From an uncultured Acidobacteriota bacterium (GTDB lineage: Bacteria > Acidobacteriota > Thermoanaerobaculia > Thermoanaerobaculales > Sulfomarinibacteraceae): a DNA stretch of 64,000 bases. The notes beneath the pieces were generated by a model. The model saw only the letters and a list, made by a program, of their open reading frames with translations. It ran no database searches and had not been told where the DNA came from. Positions 33,260 to 42,738 of the stretch are shown here, one piece after another. Location of the stretch: the NCBI GenBank assembly GCA_963712805.1, contig CAVQJV010000036.1:111219-175218 (forward strand), written 5' to 3'. Within the stretch, counting starts at the first letter, position 1; every line of letters begins with the position of its first letter. Position numbers and translations under genes: made by a program.

Positions 33260-35389
33260 ATGGTTCAATTCGAAAACCAGTACCGACAGATCAAGGTCAA
33301 GATCGTGTACTACGGACCGGCGCTGGGCGGAAAGACGACGTGTCTCCAACATGTCCACCGGATCTCGGACCCCCAGCGTCGAAGTCGGCTTTACTCGCTC
33401 AACACGGCATCGGACCGCACCCTCTTTTTTGATCTTCTTTCGCTCAATCTGGGCCGCATCCGTGGATACCGGCTCGCGATCCAGCTCTACACCGTACCCG
33501 GTCAGGTCCAGTACAACGCCACGAGACGGACGGTTCTCGCGGGCGCCGATGGAGTGGTTTTTGTCGCCGATTCTCAACACGACCAGCACGAGGCCAATCT
33601 CCAGTCACTTGCGAATCTCAAGGAGAATCTCGAGGCCAACGGGATCGATCCCACGAGTCTGCCGCTGGTGCTGCAATACAACAAGAGGGACTTGGCGAAA
33701 CTGGTTCCCATCGACGAACTCGAGCGCACCCTCAATGACGGTGGGCTGCCGTCGTTTCCCACCGTCGCCATAACCGGAGACGGTGTGATGGACGCATTTG
33801 CAGCCATCACCGAGAACACCTTGGTGTCGCTGGCGGATCGTCTCGGTATCGACACCACCGGCCATGCGATCGAGCGACTCAAGCAACAGACACGGGCCGC
33901 CCTCGAACCCTTTCTCAACGTGTCGAGGCCTCCGGCGCCCGCCGATGACATCGAGATCACGGCGCCCGAACATCCGCCCGACGAGACCGGACCGTTGCCC
34001 CAGGAAACCCTGGTCAGAGAGGCGGTTCGCGCCAACCTGGCCATGACCGATCTGAGCTCACAGCTCGAGATCGCGAGCCGGCAACTCGAACGCAAAGCGC
34101 GCGTCACCAGGGCCATCGTCGACTTCGGACGCACCATCGCCCACCAGCGGGATCCGGCGGATGTGCTTCGATTGCTCCTCAAGACCGCGGTGTCTCGTCT
34201 CGAGGTGCAGGCTGCGGCCGTATTGATCGTGCCGGTGGCAGGACAGCTGAGAGAAGCGGTCGTCCACGGTGTCGAGCACGATCCCCTTCTGGCGTCGGTG
34301 ATCGAGTCGACCACTGCGGCGGGGGCGGTGGCTTCGACCGGCGAGCCGGTCCTCATCGCCAGCGATCTCGAGGGGGCGACCGCCGGTTCGGTCCAGATGG
34401 CGGTGGAGAAGGCGGGTTTTGCCTCCGCCATCGCGGTGCCGTTGACCGCCCAGGATCGGCTCCTGGGCCTGCTCTGTGTCTATGGCGGACACGATCGAAG
34501 TTCCCTGGATGAGGAGGAACTCGAGCTCGCGAGTATCCTCGGCGCCACCGCCGCCATGGGCTATTCCAACGCCCTCGCCTTCCGCCAACTCCAGGACTCG
34601 AACACCGGGCTCGAAAGCGCCGTCGATCAACGAACCGACGAGCTCAAGACCACCCTCGACGAGGTTCGCCGCCTCAACGACGAACTCAGCCGTCTCGATC
34701 GAATCAAGAACGAACTCATCTCTCGGATGTCCGAGCAGCTCAACCCACCCGTGTCATCGCTGGTCACGGCCGCGGGTGCGCTTGACAGTCTCCGCGGGGC
34801 GCCGCCTGAGAAAACGGCGCGGTTCCTCGACATCATCCGAAAACAGGCCGACACCCTCGCAGAGATCATGGACAGTGTCGGCCAGGCGTCCCTCCTCGCG
34901 ACCGATCACGGTGCGCCGAGTTCCGACCCTGCGTCGCTGCCGGAAGTGCTCCGGCGGGCGGTTGCGCCGCTCAGGGACCTCGCCAAACAGCTCGAGGTGG
35001 AAATCAAGGTACTGCGCCCCGGCAACCTCGAGACCATCACCTGTCACGCCGACGCCATCTCGACAGCCCTGCGGGCGGTCATCAAGAACGCGCTCGAACA
35101 CAATCGAGCCGGAGGCGAGGTTCGGATCGAGGTCCGCCGGGTGCTTCGAGGATCCGATCCCTGGATCGAGTTCAAGATCTCCGACACCGGTGATGGCATT
35201 CCCGAAACCGATCTCGATCGTGTCTTCGAGGCGTTTTGGCAGGGGGAACCAGGGGTGAGGGGCGAGTCTCGAGGAATCGGTCTCGGCCTCACGATCGCCA
35301 AGCAGGTCATGGGGCGCCACGGTGGTCGGATCTCCGTCACCCGACGATCACCCGAGGGCACTGAGGTGTCCATGACCCTGCCCCAGTAG
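33260..35389 (+). CDS. MglA-type Ras-like GTPase fused to GAF and a His-less HisKA/HATPase_c (pseudo histidine kinase)
   Basis: The N-terminus matches MglA (KIVYYGPALGGKTT, DRTLFFD, LYTVPGQ, QYNKRD). A GAF-like block ends ..AVPLTAQDRLLGLLCVY. The H-box reads RMSEQLNPPV instead of SHELRTPL. N box KNALEHN, G1 DTGDGIP and G2 GIGLGLTIAK are intact. Confidence 0.85.
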   Translation: MVQFENQYRQIKVKIVYYGPALGGKTTCLQHVHRISDPQRRSRLYSLNTASDRTLFFDLLSLNLGRIRGYRLAIQLYTVPGQVQYNATRRTVLAGADGVVFVADSQHDQHEANLQSLANLKENLEANGIDPTSLPLVLQYNKRDLAKLVPIDELERTLNDGGLPSFPTVAITGDGVMDAFAAITENTLVSLADRLGIDTTGHAIERLKQQTRAALEPFLNVSRPPAPADDIEITAPEHPPDETGPLPQETLVREAVRANLAMTDLSSQLEIASRQLERKARVTRAIVDFGRTIAHQRDPADVLRLLLKTAVSRLEVQAAAVLIVPVAGQLREAVVHGVEHDPLLASVIESTTAAGAVASTGEPVLIASDLEGATAGSVQMAVEKAGFASAIAVPLTAQDRLLGLLCVYGGHDRSSLDEEELELASILGATAAMGYSNALAFRQLQDSNTGLESAVDQRTDELKTTLDEVRRLNDELSRLDRIKNELISRMSEQLNPPVSSLVTAAGALDSLRGAPPEKTARFLDIIRKQADTLAEIMDSVGQASLLATDHGAPSSDPASLPEVLRRAVAPLRDLAKQLEVEIKVLRPGNLETITCHADAISTALRAVIKNALEHNRAGGEVRIEVRRVLRGSDPWIEFKISDTGDGIPETDLDRVFEAFWQGEPGVRGESRGIGLGLTIAKQVMGRHGGRISVTRRSPEGTEVSMTLPQ

Positions 35390-35397
35390 CTGGAACG

Positions 35398-36773
35398 TCA
35401 ATCCTCGGCGGTTGGCACCGGTGGCAGGCCCTCCACCGCCAACCGGGCCGCGGTTGCTGCGCGTTGGAGCTGCTGTGGCGTCGCGAACTCGAGCACGGAC
35501 TCGTCATTGGGCATGGTTTTCGGCCAGACCGCAGCCGAGGGAATGAGGCCGCGGCTCACATGGAGGCAGGCGCCGAGTTCGGTGGGGACTTTTCCTTCGA
35601 GGACGAAGCGAAAATCGACGGGGAAATCGGCGAGATGTCCCAGACCCGCACCGATCCGGCGTGGGAGTTCTCTCAGCAACGTCCGGCGGATTCCGTGGTG
35701 CGGCACCGGGAGCGCGGCGAGCACCCACAAGACGAGATCGGTGGGAACCGTGATGAGGTGGGCGGCGAGCTGAGCTGCTCCTGGATCGACACCGAGCACT
35801 TCGGCGGCCGCAGCGGCGCCCCTGGACCAGACGATGGCGACGCGCCGGGTCAGGCGATCGAGAGTCCCGGCGCGGCCGCGTTGCCACTTCTTGGCATCGG
35901 TGAGATCCGGCCAAAGCTCGAGCGACGCCGCGAATTCGTCGACATGTTCGATCCCCATGGGCGGCTGCAGGTCCGGAGAACGGATCGAGCACGCGAGCAC
36001 CATCAGGTTCCAGGTTGCCTGGGGAAGGCCGAAGAGCCGAACCCGACCGGTGGTATCGAGAGAGGCGGCCATGATCTCGCCGTGATCGGCGGGCTGAGGA
36101 ACGAGACCGGTGCTCGACGCCAGCCACTGGGCGAGGCTCGCCATGACGTTGCGGATGATGTCGTGGAGGGCGTTGATCTGATCGCCGTCAACAGGATCGT
36201 CGCTCGGGATTCCCCGCTGCACGAGGTGCCAAAAAAGCTCTCGACGGCCTCCTCGTCGAGCGGCAGCGCTGGTGACGGGGAGGTCTTTCTCACCTGTTTG
36301 GACTCATCCATGCGACGAGCGGAATCGAGGAGCAGTCTGCTCGGCGTGAGGCTGAGATAAAGACCGGAAGGATCTCGGATCGGGTGACCCGGGTCGAGCT
36401 CGAAGCGGAGTTCCGATGAGTCGAGGATCCGACCCATCATGAGTTCGGCGAGGACCGTCAGGCTGGCCCCGAGGGCGGTCTCGGTGATGGCCCTCTCGGC
36501 GAGAAGGACATCGGTGAAGAGCTCGTGGCGAAGCATGGCGGTCGAGAGTAACCGGCGCACCGACGCCGCCGGGAGCAATCCGTCCCGAGAGAGCCAGGTG
36601 GCGAGACGCTCTTCCGGAACGGTCGACGAAACATAGACAATCCGCCCGTGAAGAAAATCGAGTCTCCGCTCTCCGATTTCATCGGAAAGGGTCAGCCGCC
36701 CGGTTTGACCGCCGAGTTCGAGCCAGTGCAAGAGATCGCCCAAGTGAAGACGATCCAGATTTCCCCGGATCAT
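35398..36773 (-). pseudogene. DUF4388 (PATAN-type) domain protein, frame broken at an A6/T6 run (36231-36236)
   Basis: N-terminus MIRGNLDRLHLGDLLHWLELGGQTGRLTL is typical DUF4388. ORF 36003..36773 turns into S/R/P-rich text after ..EEAVESFF, while ORF 35398..36222 continues sensibly (WHLVQRGIPSDD...). One extra T would fuse them into about 458 aa. Confidence 0.7.
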
Positions 36774-36829
36774 CCGGCAATTATACCCGGATCCTCACCG
36801 TCTTTGGGCAACCCAGGTACCATGACGGG

Positions 36830-37699
36830 GTGAGAATTCTCGTCCTCAGCGCCCGGCCGGAAACCGCCAGCAACCGACGTCTCATGGAGGCCGCCGCGAG
36901 TGCGGGTGTCACCTTGGATCTCGTCAATGCCACCGATCTGACCGCGACGGCCGCCGGTCGGATCTGCGGTGGTCGAGATGTCGGCCTCGAGGAGACCCCC
37001 GATGTGGTTCTGGCGCGAGTCGGTAACTGGCGGCCCGACAGCATGCTCGCTCTCCTCGAAACCTTGACAGGACGGGGTGCGGCGACCCCGAATCCGGCTT
37101 CGGCGATTCGCCTCGGGAGGGACCACTGGCGGACAGCCCAGGCCCTTTCCATATCGGGGATACCGGTGCCTCAGACCTTGGCCGGCGCCGACCCGGAGGC
37201 GCTTGCGGTCGCCGCGAAGGAGTATCTCGAGTTTCCGGTGGTGGTCAAGCAACGACGATCGCGGATGGGAGTCGGGGTGATCAGGTGCCGGACGCTGGAT
37301 CACCTCGAGGCCGTTCTCGACTCACTCTGGCGTCTCGGAGATGAAATCGTCGTTCAGCAATACCACGAAACCGGAGGCAGGAGTTTTCGTCTGCTGGTTG
37401 TGGGCTCGCGAGTTGTGGCGTCGACGTGCTTCGAGGCGACCGGTTCGGAGTGGCGCTCCAACGCCGCCCGCGGAGGTGTGGCGACGGCGTTCGCGCCCGA
37501 CGACAACGCCGTCGCCCTCGCCTTGGCGGCGACTCGGAGCACGGGTCTGGGGATCTGCGGTGTCGACCTCCTGCCGACACGCGACGGAGTTCTGGTCTGC
37601 GAAATCAACCCGACGCCGGGGTTTTCGAGCCTTGAACGTGCCACCGGGGTGGACGTGGCAGGCGCCATCGTCGCCCACCTCGTCTCCCTGGCCGGCTGA
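36830..37699 (+). CDS. RimK-family ATP-grasp ligase
   Basis: RILVLSARPETASNRRLMEAA, FPVVVKQRRSRMGVGV, and CEINPTPGF at the C-terminus match the RimK/LysX-like ATP-grasp family. GTG start. Confidence 0.8.
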   Translation: MRILVLSARPETASNRRLMEAAASAGVTLDLVNATDLTATAAGRICGGRDVGLEETPDVVLARVGNWRPDSMLALLETLTGRGAATPNPASAIRLGRDHWRTAQALSISGIPVPQTLAGADPEALAVAAKEYLEFPVVVKQRRSRMGVGVIRCRTLDHLEAVLDSLWRLGDEIVVQQYHETGGRSFRLLVVGSRVVASTCFEATGSEWRSNAARGGVATAFAPDDNAVALALAATRSTGLGICGVDLLPTRDGVLVCEINPTPGFSSLERATGVDVAGAIVAHLVSLAG

Positions 37700-37798
37700 G
37701 CTCCACGCCTACGGGCCGGCCCCGACGTCTCACCGGGTTTCTTGACGGGGGCGGTGAGGCATCATCGACCGCAGTCGATCGCGGGTGCGAAGTCCGGG

Positions 37799-38311
37799 TT
37801 ATTGGGCTTCGTTGATGGCGGCGGGAGCCGGTCGACCTGCGAGTTCACGGTCGATCATGAGCAGACCGTGCGGGTTGGATTCGACCATCTTGACCTGGTG
37901 GAAGAGGGTGTCGGCGGTCGCCTCCTCCTCGACCTGCTCGCTGACATACCAGTGGAGCATGACAGTGGTGGCGTGGTCGTTCTCGGAAGTGGCGAGATCG
38001 ACGAGTTTGTTGATTCGTTCGGAGATGGCGCGTTCGTGGTTGAGGACCGTCTCAACAGCCGCCGACGCCGATGCCCACTCCCGGGTCGGAGCATCGATGG
38101 GAAGCAACTGCACCGTGCCTCCCCGCTCGTTGACGAAATCAAAGAGTTTCATGGCGTGATTCGACTCCTCCTGGGCCTGGATTCGCATCCAGTGGGCGAA
38201 ACCATCGAGATGATTGGCCGTGAAGTAGGCGGAGACCGAGAGATAGAGATAAAAAGAGAAGAATTCCGCGTGAATCTGGTTATTGAGTGCTTTTTCAACC
38301 TTGGGGTTCAT
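37799..38311 (-). CDS. ftn: Ferritin (non-heme, Ftn type)
   Basis: LNNQIHAEFFSFYLYLSVSAYF, QAQEESNHAMKLFDF and LHWYVSEQVEEE carry the ferroxidase-centre residues. Confidence 0.9.
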   Translation of the reverse strand: MNPKVEKALNNQIHAEFFSFYLYLSVSAYFTANHLDGFAHWMRIQAQEESNHAMKLFDFVNERGGTVQLLPIDAPTREWASASAAVETVLNHERAISERINKLVDLATSENDHATTVMLHWYVSEQVEEEATADTLFHQVKMVESNPHGLLMIDRELAGRPAPAAINEAQ

Positions 38312-38425
38312 GTGCTCTCCAATCGAGGGGATGTTCGTATCAGTCGGGTCGCCGGGCGACAGGCGTTGAGAGAATAACCCAGGAGGCTCCGGCTGTCATC
38401 CCGGTGAGTGGTTTCTCAACCCGGA

Positions 38426-39358
38426 TCACGGCTGGTCGGGACTCACCGTTTGAGGCAGCCACGGAGCCATGACCGGCTCCATCCAAGGACGAATATTGTT
38501 GCTGCTTCCGGATCGTCCCCACTGAACGGCGGCGGCGCGGTCATCGGGCAGTGGCCGGCCGGCGATCCAGAAAATGGCCCAGGCGAGTACCAAAGTCACC
38601 GCGAGAAGACCGAAGCCACGGGCCGCCACCGGCGTCACCGGGTGGGTCAAGGGCGCCGGATAGCCGATCCATGCCGCCATCAGAACGACGAGGAGCGGCA
38701 CCCCTGCCGTGATGCTCGCCTCGAGCTGGAACTCGGCGCGAAGGGTGGTCGTGGCGACCGCCCATGCCAGGGGAATCGGCGCAAGGTGGACGGCGACGAG
38801 CACCAAACGACGGCTGCGGCGGAGATGATAACGGGTGATCCGCGCGATGGCGATGAGTCGAAGCACGATGGGCACGATGACCGCCGCGACCAGGGCTGGA
38901 CACAACCATCGAAGTTCGAGGGGGAGGTCGCGAAACAGGAGCCAGCGAGCGAGGTGGTTGGTTTCGGGGTCGAGAGCCGGTTGCCATGAAGCGCTGATCA
39001 CCGCGGCCATCCAGGCCAACTGAACGACAAAGAGTTGCGACGAGAGGCTCTTGAGCCGGAGCGACAACGGGATGGCCAATGCTGCGACCGCCAGTGGTGC
39101 TATCCACGAACCGAGCCAGTAACCGGAAGCCGAGGGCAGAGAGGCGAAGTTGAGGACCGGTTGATTGACCAGCGCCCAGGCCTGACGATCCCACGGCACG
39201 CTGAGGCCGATCCACCCGGCCTTCGCCAGCAGCGCCCCGAGGCCCTGGCCGCCGGCGGCGACAAAGAGCGAAACGGGCAGGGCGATGAGTCCGGCCAACC
39301 AGCTTGCCAGCAGACCCATGGGTGCCAGGGGATCGGGCCGTCGATTCACCGGCGGCAT
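38426..39358 (-). CDS. Hypothetical polytopic membrane protein
   Basis: Multiple hydrophobic segments and no recognisable motifs. I prefer the ATG at 39358 (MPPVNRR) over 39388. Confidence 0.5.
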   Translation of the reverse strand: MPPVNRRPDPLAPMGLLASWLAGLIALPVSLFVAAGGQGLGALLAKAGWIGLSVPWDRQAWALVNQPVLNFASLPSASGYWLGSWIAPLAVAALAIPLSLRLKSLSSQLFVVQLAWMAAVISASWQPALDPETNHLARWLLFRDLPLELRWLCPALVAAVIVPIVLRLIAIARITRYHLRRSRRLVLVAVHLAPIPLAWAVATTTLRAEFQLEASITAGVPLLVVLMAAWIGYPAPLTHPVTPVAARGFGLLAVTLVLAWAIFWIAGRPLPDDRAAAVQWGRSGSSNNIRPWMEPVMAPWLPQTVSPDQP

Positions 39359-39374
39359 GCTACCATGCCGCCGG
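39349..39374. repeat. Perfect 11-bp inverted repeat (4-bp spacer) covering two divergent start codons
   Basis: ccggcggcatg-ctac-catgccgccgg. Each arm encodes Met-Pro-Pro of one of the two divergent genes. Confidence 0.8.
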
Positions 39375-41398
39375 ATATGAGAGTCCAAACCACTCTGCTC
39401 AAAGGTGTTTTCAGCGCTTCATTTGCTCTGATCGCAGCCGCAGTTTTGATTCCTGAGGCCCGGGCCCAGGCCCTTTTGGTCGAGCGGCTTCCAGGCGGAA
39501 CCCAGCTCGTTCTGGTCAACCAGCCCTTGGCCGATGCGACCACCCTTGTGTGGCCCGAGGTCTCCGATGACCAGGAAGCGGTGATCGTTCGACTCACTGT
39601 TGGTCGGCTCACCATTGCAGCGGATGTCGATGCCGCCTTCGGGGCCACCCAGACCGAGGGCCTGCCGACACCGGTGCCCGCGGTGATCGTCGCGGTTGGC
39701 GGGGCATCGGCGGATGAGTTGTCGTCACTTCTCGAACGGGTCCTCGGTGATCGTCCCGCGGCGTCGGTGGTCTTGCCCTCGCCGCCGGTCCTGGTGGAGG
39801 GCGGCCTTGATCGCAGGCTCGGCGCTCCGGGGAGTGAGGCACTGTTGCGGTTCGAGCTCTTGCTGCCACCGCCCGGCGATGCGCGGCGAAGCTCGGTAGA
39901 GGTGCTCTGGGATCTCGTGCCCCAACTCCTGTCCGACACCATCCCGATCCTCCAGAGTCGGGTCGAGGACGATCGCGGTGTGCTCGAAGGTCGTGTCGAT
40001 GCGGATATTGCCGAGATCACCGTCAGTGACCTGCGGCTCCAGCTGGCGCGGATTGCCTCGGATCCCAACCTCCAGGCCGATGATGTGGCCGAGGCGCGTC
40101 GCCGCCTTCAGGTGCGCCGCTACGCGGCGCTCGAGGAACACCCGGACGCTGCGGTGAAGGTCTTGGAGCGTTGGCTCTCGGGTGGTGAGGAGGCGGTTCG
40201 AGAACTCGTTTTCGGAACCCAGGCCGTCACGATCCAGAGTGTGCGTGAAGCCGCCGCCGAGTGGTTGCCCACCCACCCGGGACACGCGCAGTTGATCCTG
40301 CCCCCGCGGGTTTTCAACCCGCGGTTTGCGGTTGAGCCGCAGATCCACCAACTCGGGAACGACCTGACTGCGGCCATCCTCGAACGCGCCAGCGCGCCGG
40401 TGTCGGTGGTGGTTCTGCGACCGGTGGTGGTTCCGGATTTCGATGGCGAGGTCACAGCGACGGTTCTCGCTCGGATGGCGCGGGAGCTGCGATCGGCCGA
40501 GAGCCGTCCGGGTTTCGTACGGGTGCGAACAGATCCGCCCCTGATCGAGGTCGCCGGACCGGCGGATGGACTCGGCGAGCTCTTGGAGCAGCTCACAGGC
40601 GCCTATGTCGCGGTGGTCTCGGATCGCGCACCCGTGACCACCTATGGCGATGATGCTCGGCGGCGAGCCCTCGATCTCATGGCCGGTCTGCTCGGTGTGA
40701 CGGAGGCCGAGGATCCCTCGCCGGCGGCCCTCCTCCGCGCGGGCAACCTCGCCCTCGGCGTGGTCGCAACCGATGCCGAGGCGGCGGCCGAGGCCCTCGG
40801 CAAATTCTGGGCGGTCGAATCGAGCGACGGTGGTGCGACGGATGTCCAGAGCGTGCCTGCGGTCCCGCGCACCCGGGTCGCCGCCGCCGGGGACGAGTCG
40901 GTCCTGGTGGTGGCCCTCGAAACGGAGTTCGGCGGCAACGAGGCCGTCTCCATGGTTCTGCGCGAGCTTCTCGAAACCCGCGCCGGCGCCCTGTGGCCCG
41001 ACAGCCGGGTTGAGGTGCTTCGTCCGTATGTACCGGGACGTTCACTGCTGCTCATCGAGGTTGCGGCGGACGAAACCGTGGACGGCGTCGAGCGGGCGGT
41101 TGTCCGAAAGTGGTCGTCCCTCATCTCCGGCGCCGGCGAAGCGGAGCTCGCCCCGGTCAAGCGTCGGGTGGCGGCGGCCGCGAGCGCCGAAATGAGCGGC
41201 GTCGCCGGCCACGCCCGACTCTGTGCCGCGACAGCGGCGGGAGCCTCGAGGTGGCGCCAACCGGCGGAGTTCGAGCTCGAGATCCTGACCGTGGATGTGG
41301 AGATGATCAACCTGATCCTGAAGAGGTTCTCCGATTTCTCTACCCTCGAGACAACCGGCGCGGGCGTCCTGCTCATCACCGAGCTCCAGGGCCGTTGA
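39365..41398 (+). CDS. Secreted insulinase (M16)-like protein without a zinc motif
   Basis: Signal-like N-terminus (LLKGVFSASFALIAAAVLIPEARAQ). Two-lobed Ala/Leu-rich sequence reminiscent of M16 inactive domains (LVERLPGGTQLVLV). No HxxEH is present. The family call is weak. Confidence 0.4.
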   Translation: MPPDMRVQTTLLKGVFSASFALIAAAVLIPEARAQALLVERLPGGTQLVLVNQPLADATTLVWPEVSDDQEAVIVRLTVGRLTIAADVDAAFGATQTEGLPTPVPAVIVAVGGASADELSSLLERVLGDRPAASVVLPSPPVLVEGGLDRRLGAPGSEALLRFELLLPPPGDARRSSVEVLWDLVPQLLSDTIPILQSRVEDDRGVLEGRVDADIAEITVSDLRLQLARIASDPNLQADDVAEARRRLQVRRYAALEEHPDAAVKVLERWLSGGEEAVRELVFGTQAVTIQSVREAAAEWLPTHPGHAQLILPPRVFNPRFAVEPQIHQLGNDLTAAILERASAPVSVVVLRPVVVPDFDGEVTATVLARMARELRSAESRPGFVRVRTDPPLIEVAGPADGLGELLEQLTGAYVAVVSDRAPVTTYGDDARRRALDLMAGLLGVTEAEDPSPAALLRAGNLALGVVATDAEAAAEALGKFWAVESSDGGATDVQSVPAVPRTRVAAAGDESVLVVALETEFGGNEAVSMVLRELLETRAGALWPDSRVEVLRPYVPGRSLLLIEVAADETVDGVERAVVRKWSSLISGAGEAELAPVKRRVAAAASAEMSGVAGHARLCAATAAGASRWRQPAEFELEILTVDVEMINLILKRFSDFSTLETTGAGVLLITELQGR

Positions 41399-41440
41399 GT
41401 CGAGTGGTATTGTTCGCCCGATGGACGGGCTGGAGGGTGC

Positions 41441-42670
41441 ATGAAGTCGAAGATCGATGAACAGTTGGCCTATCTGACCAAGGGTTGTGTCGATGTCGTG
41501 CCGGAGCCCGAGCTCAAAGCCAAGCTCGAGAAATCCCTCGCGACCGGCAAGCCCATGACAATCAAAGTCGGTTTCGATCCGTCGGCGCCGGATCTTCACC
41601 TCGGCCATACCGTGGTCATCCGCAAGATGCGTCATTTCCAGCAACTCGGGCATCGAGTGATTTTCCTCATCGGTGATTTCACCGGTCTCATCGGCGACCC
41701 TACGGGCAAGAAAGCGACCCGGCCGCAGCTGACCGAAGAAGAAATCGAGGCCAACGCCGCGACCTACAAACGACAGATCTACAAGCTCCTCGATCCCGAG
41801 ACGACCGTCATCGACTTTAACTCGCGATGGCTCGGAAAACTGGGTTCGGCGGGTTGGATTCGACTCGCCGCCAAGGTCACCGTGGCGCAGATGCTCGAGC
41901 GCGACGACTTCAAAAAGCGATACGAGTCACAGCAGCCGATTTCGCTCCACGAATTTCTCTATCCGTTGGCGCAAGCCTATGATTCGGTGGCGCTCGAGGT
42001 TGATGTCGAACTCGGCGGGACCGATCAGCTCTTCAACCTCTTGGTCGGCCGCCACCTCATGCGTGAACACGGGCAGGAACCGCAGATCGTCATGACCCTG
42101 CCGCTGCTCGAAGGTCTCGACGGGGTCGAGAAGATGTCCAAGTCCCTCGGCAACTATGTCGCGGTGGAGGATCCGCCCTTCGAGATGTTCGGCAAACTCA
42201 TGTCGATCTCGGACGATCTCATGTGGAAGTACTGGCTGCTCCTTTCGGATCGCACCCAGGCCGAGATCGAGGCGGATCGTGCGCGGGTGGCCGACGGCAA
42301 ACTCCACCCCATGGATGCCAAGAAACAACTCGCGAGCGCCATCGTCGCCGAATTTCATTCGGCCGATGACGCCGTGGCTGCGCAGTACGAGTTCGAACGG
42401 GTCTTTTCGGACCGAAATCTGCCCCAGGATATTCCCGATATCGAACTCGCGGTGGATGACGAGACCATCCTGCTCGCCAAAGCGTTGGTTCTCGCCGAAC
42501 TGGCGCCGTCGAATTCGGAAGCCAGGCGACTCATCACCCAGGGCGGAGTCAAGGTCGAAGGCGAACCGGTGCGAGACATCAAGGCAACCCTTGATGCGGG
42601 CTCCCCGGGTCCGATCCTGGTTCAGGTCGGAAAACGGAAACACGCGAGATTGAGTTTGCAGCGAGGCTGA
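41441..42670 (+). CDS. tyrS: Tyrosine-tRNA ligase
   Basis: HIGH motif (DLHLGH), KMSKS present, and a C-terminal S4-like domain (SNSEARRLITQGGVKVEG). Confidence 0.96.
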   Translation: MKSKIDEQLAYLTKGCVDVVPEPELKAKLEKSLATGKPMTIKVGFDPSAPDLHLGHTVVIRKMRHFQQLGHRVIFLIGDFTGLIGDPTGKKATRPQLTEEEIEANAATYKRQIYKLLDPETTVIDFNSRWLGKLGSAGWIRLAAKVTVAQMLERDDFKKRYESQQPISLHEFLYPLAQAYDSVALEVDVELGGTDQLFNLLVGRHLMREHGQEPQIVMTLPLLEGLDGVEKMSKSLGNYVAVEDPPFEMFGKLMSISDDLMWKYWLLLSDRTQAEIEADRARVADGKLHPMDAKKQLASAIVAEFHSADDAVAAQYEFERVFSDRNLPQDIPDIELAVDDETILLAKALVLAELAPSNSEARRLITQGGVKVEGEPVRDIKATLDAGSPGPILVQVGKRKHARLSLQRG

Positions 42671-42690
42671 GTCTTCAGCCGGTTTTGGGC

Positions 42691-42724
42691 AAAAAAGAAC
42701 CCCGCGTGCGCGGGGTTCTTTTTT
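42691..42724. terminator. Bidirectional intrinsic terminator between tyrS and fur
   Basis: aaaaaa-gaaccccgc-gtgc-gcggggttc-tttttt. GC-rich 9-bp stem flanked by A6 and T6. Confidence 0.8.
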
Positions 42725-42738
42725 CCCGAAAATTCGGT

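Noticed and set aside
36225-36240. Programmed ribosomal frameshifting or phase variation as the explanation for the frame breaks.
   Set aside because: I recognised no slippery heptamer plus downstream pseudoknot or SD-like stimulator. The runs are short (A6, C4). Sequencing indels are the more economical explanation until reads are checked.
37799-38425. A Fur box upstream of the ferritin gene.
   Set aside because: The upstream 115 bp are GC-rich and I saw no AT-rich palindrome. Only the fur / bd-like intergenic region has such an element.
39035-39364. The 787-aa version of the M16-like ORF starting at 39035.
   Set aside because: The extra 110 aa overlap the divergent membrane protein gene and are Arg/Gly-rich. 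A signal-peptide-like sequence begins right after the ATG at 39365/39377.
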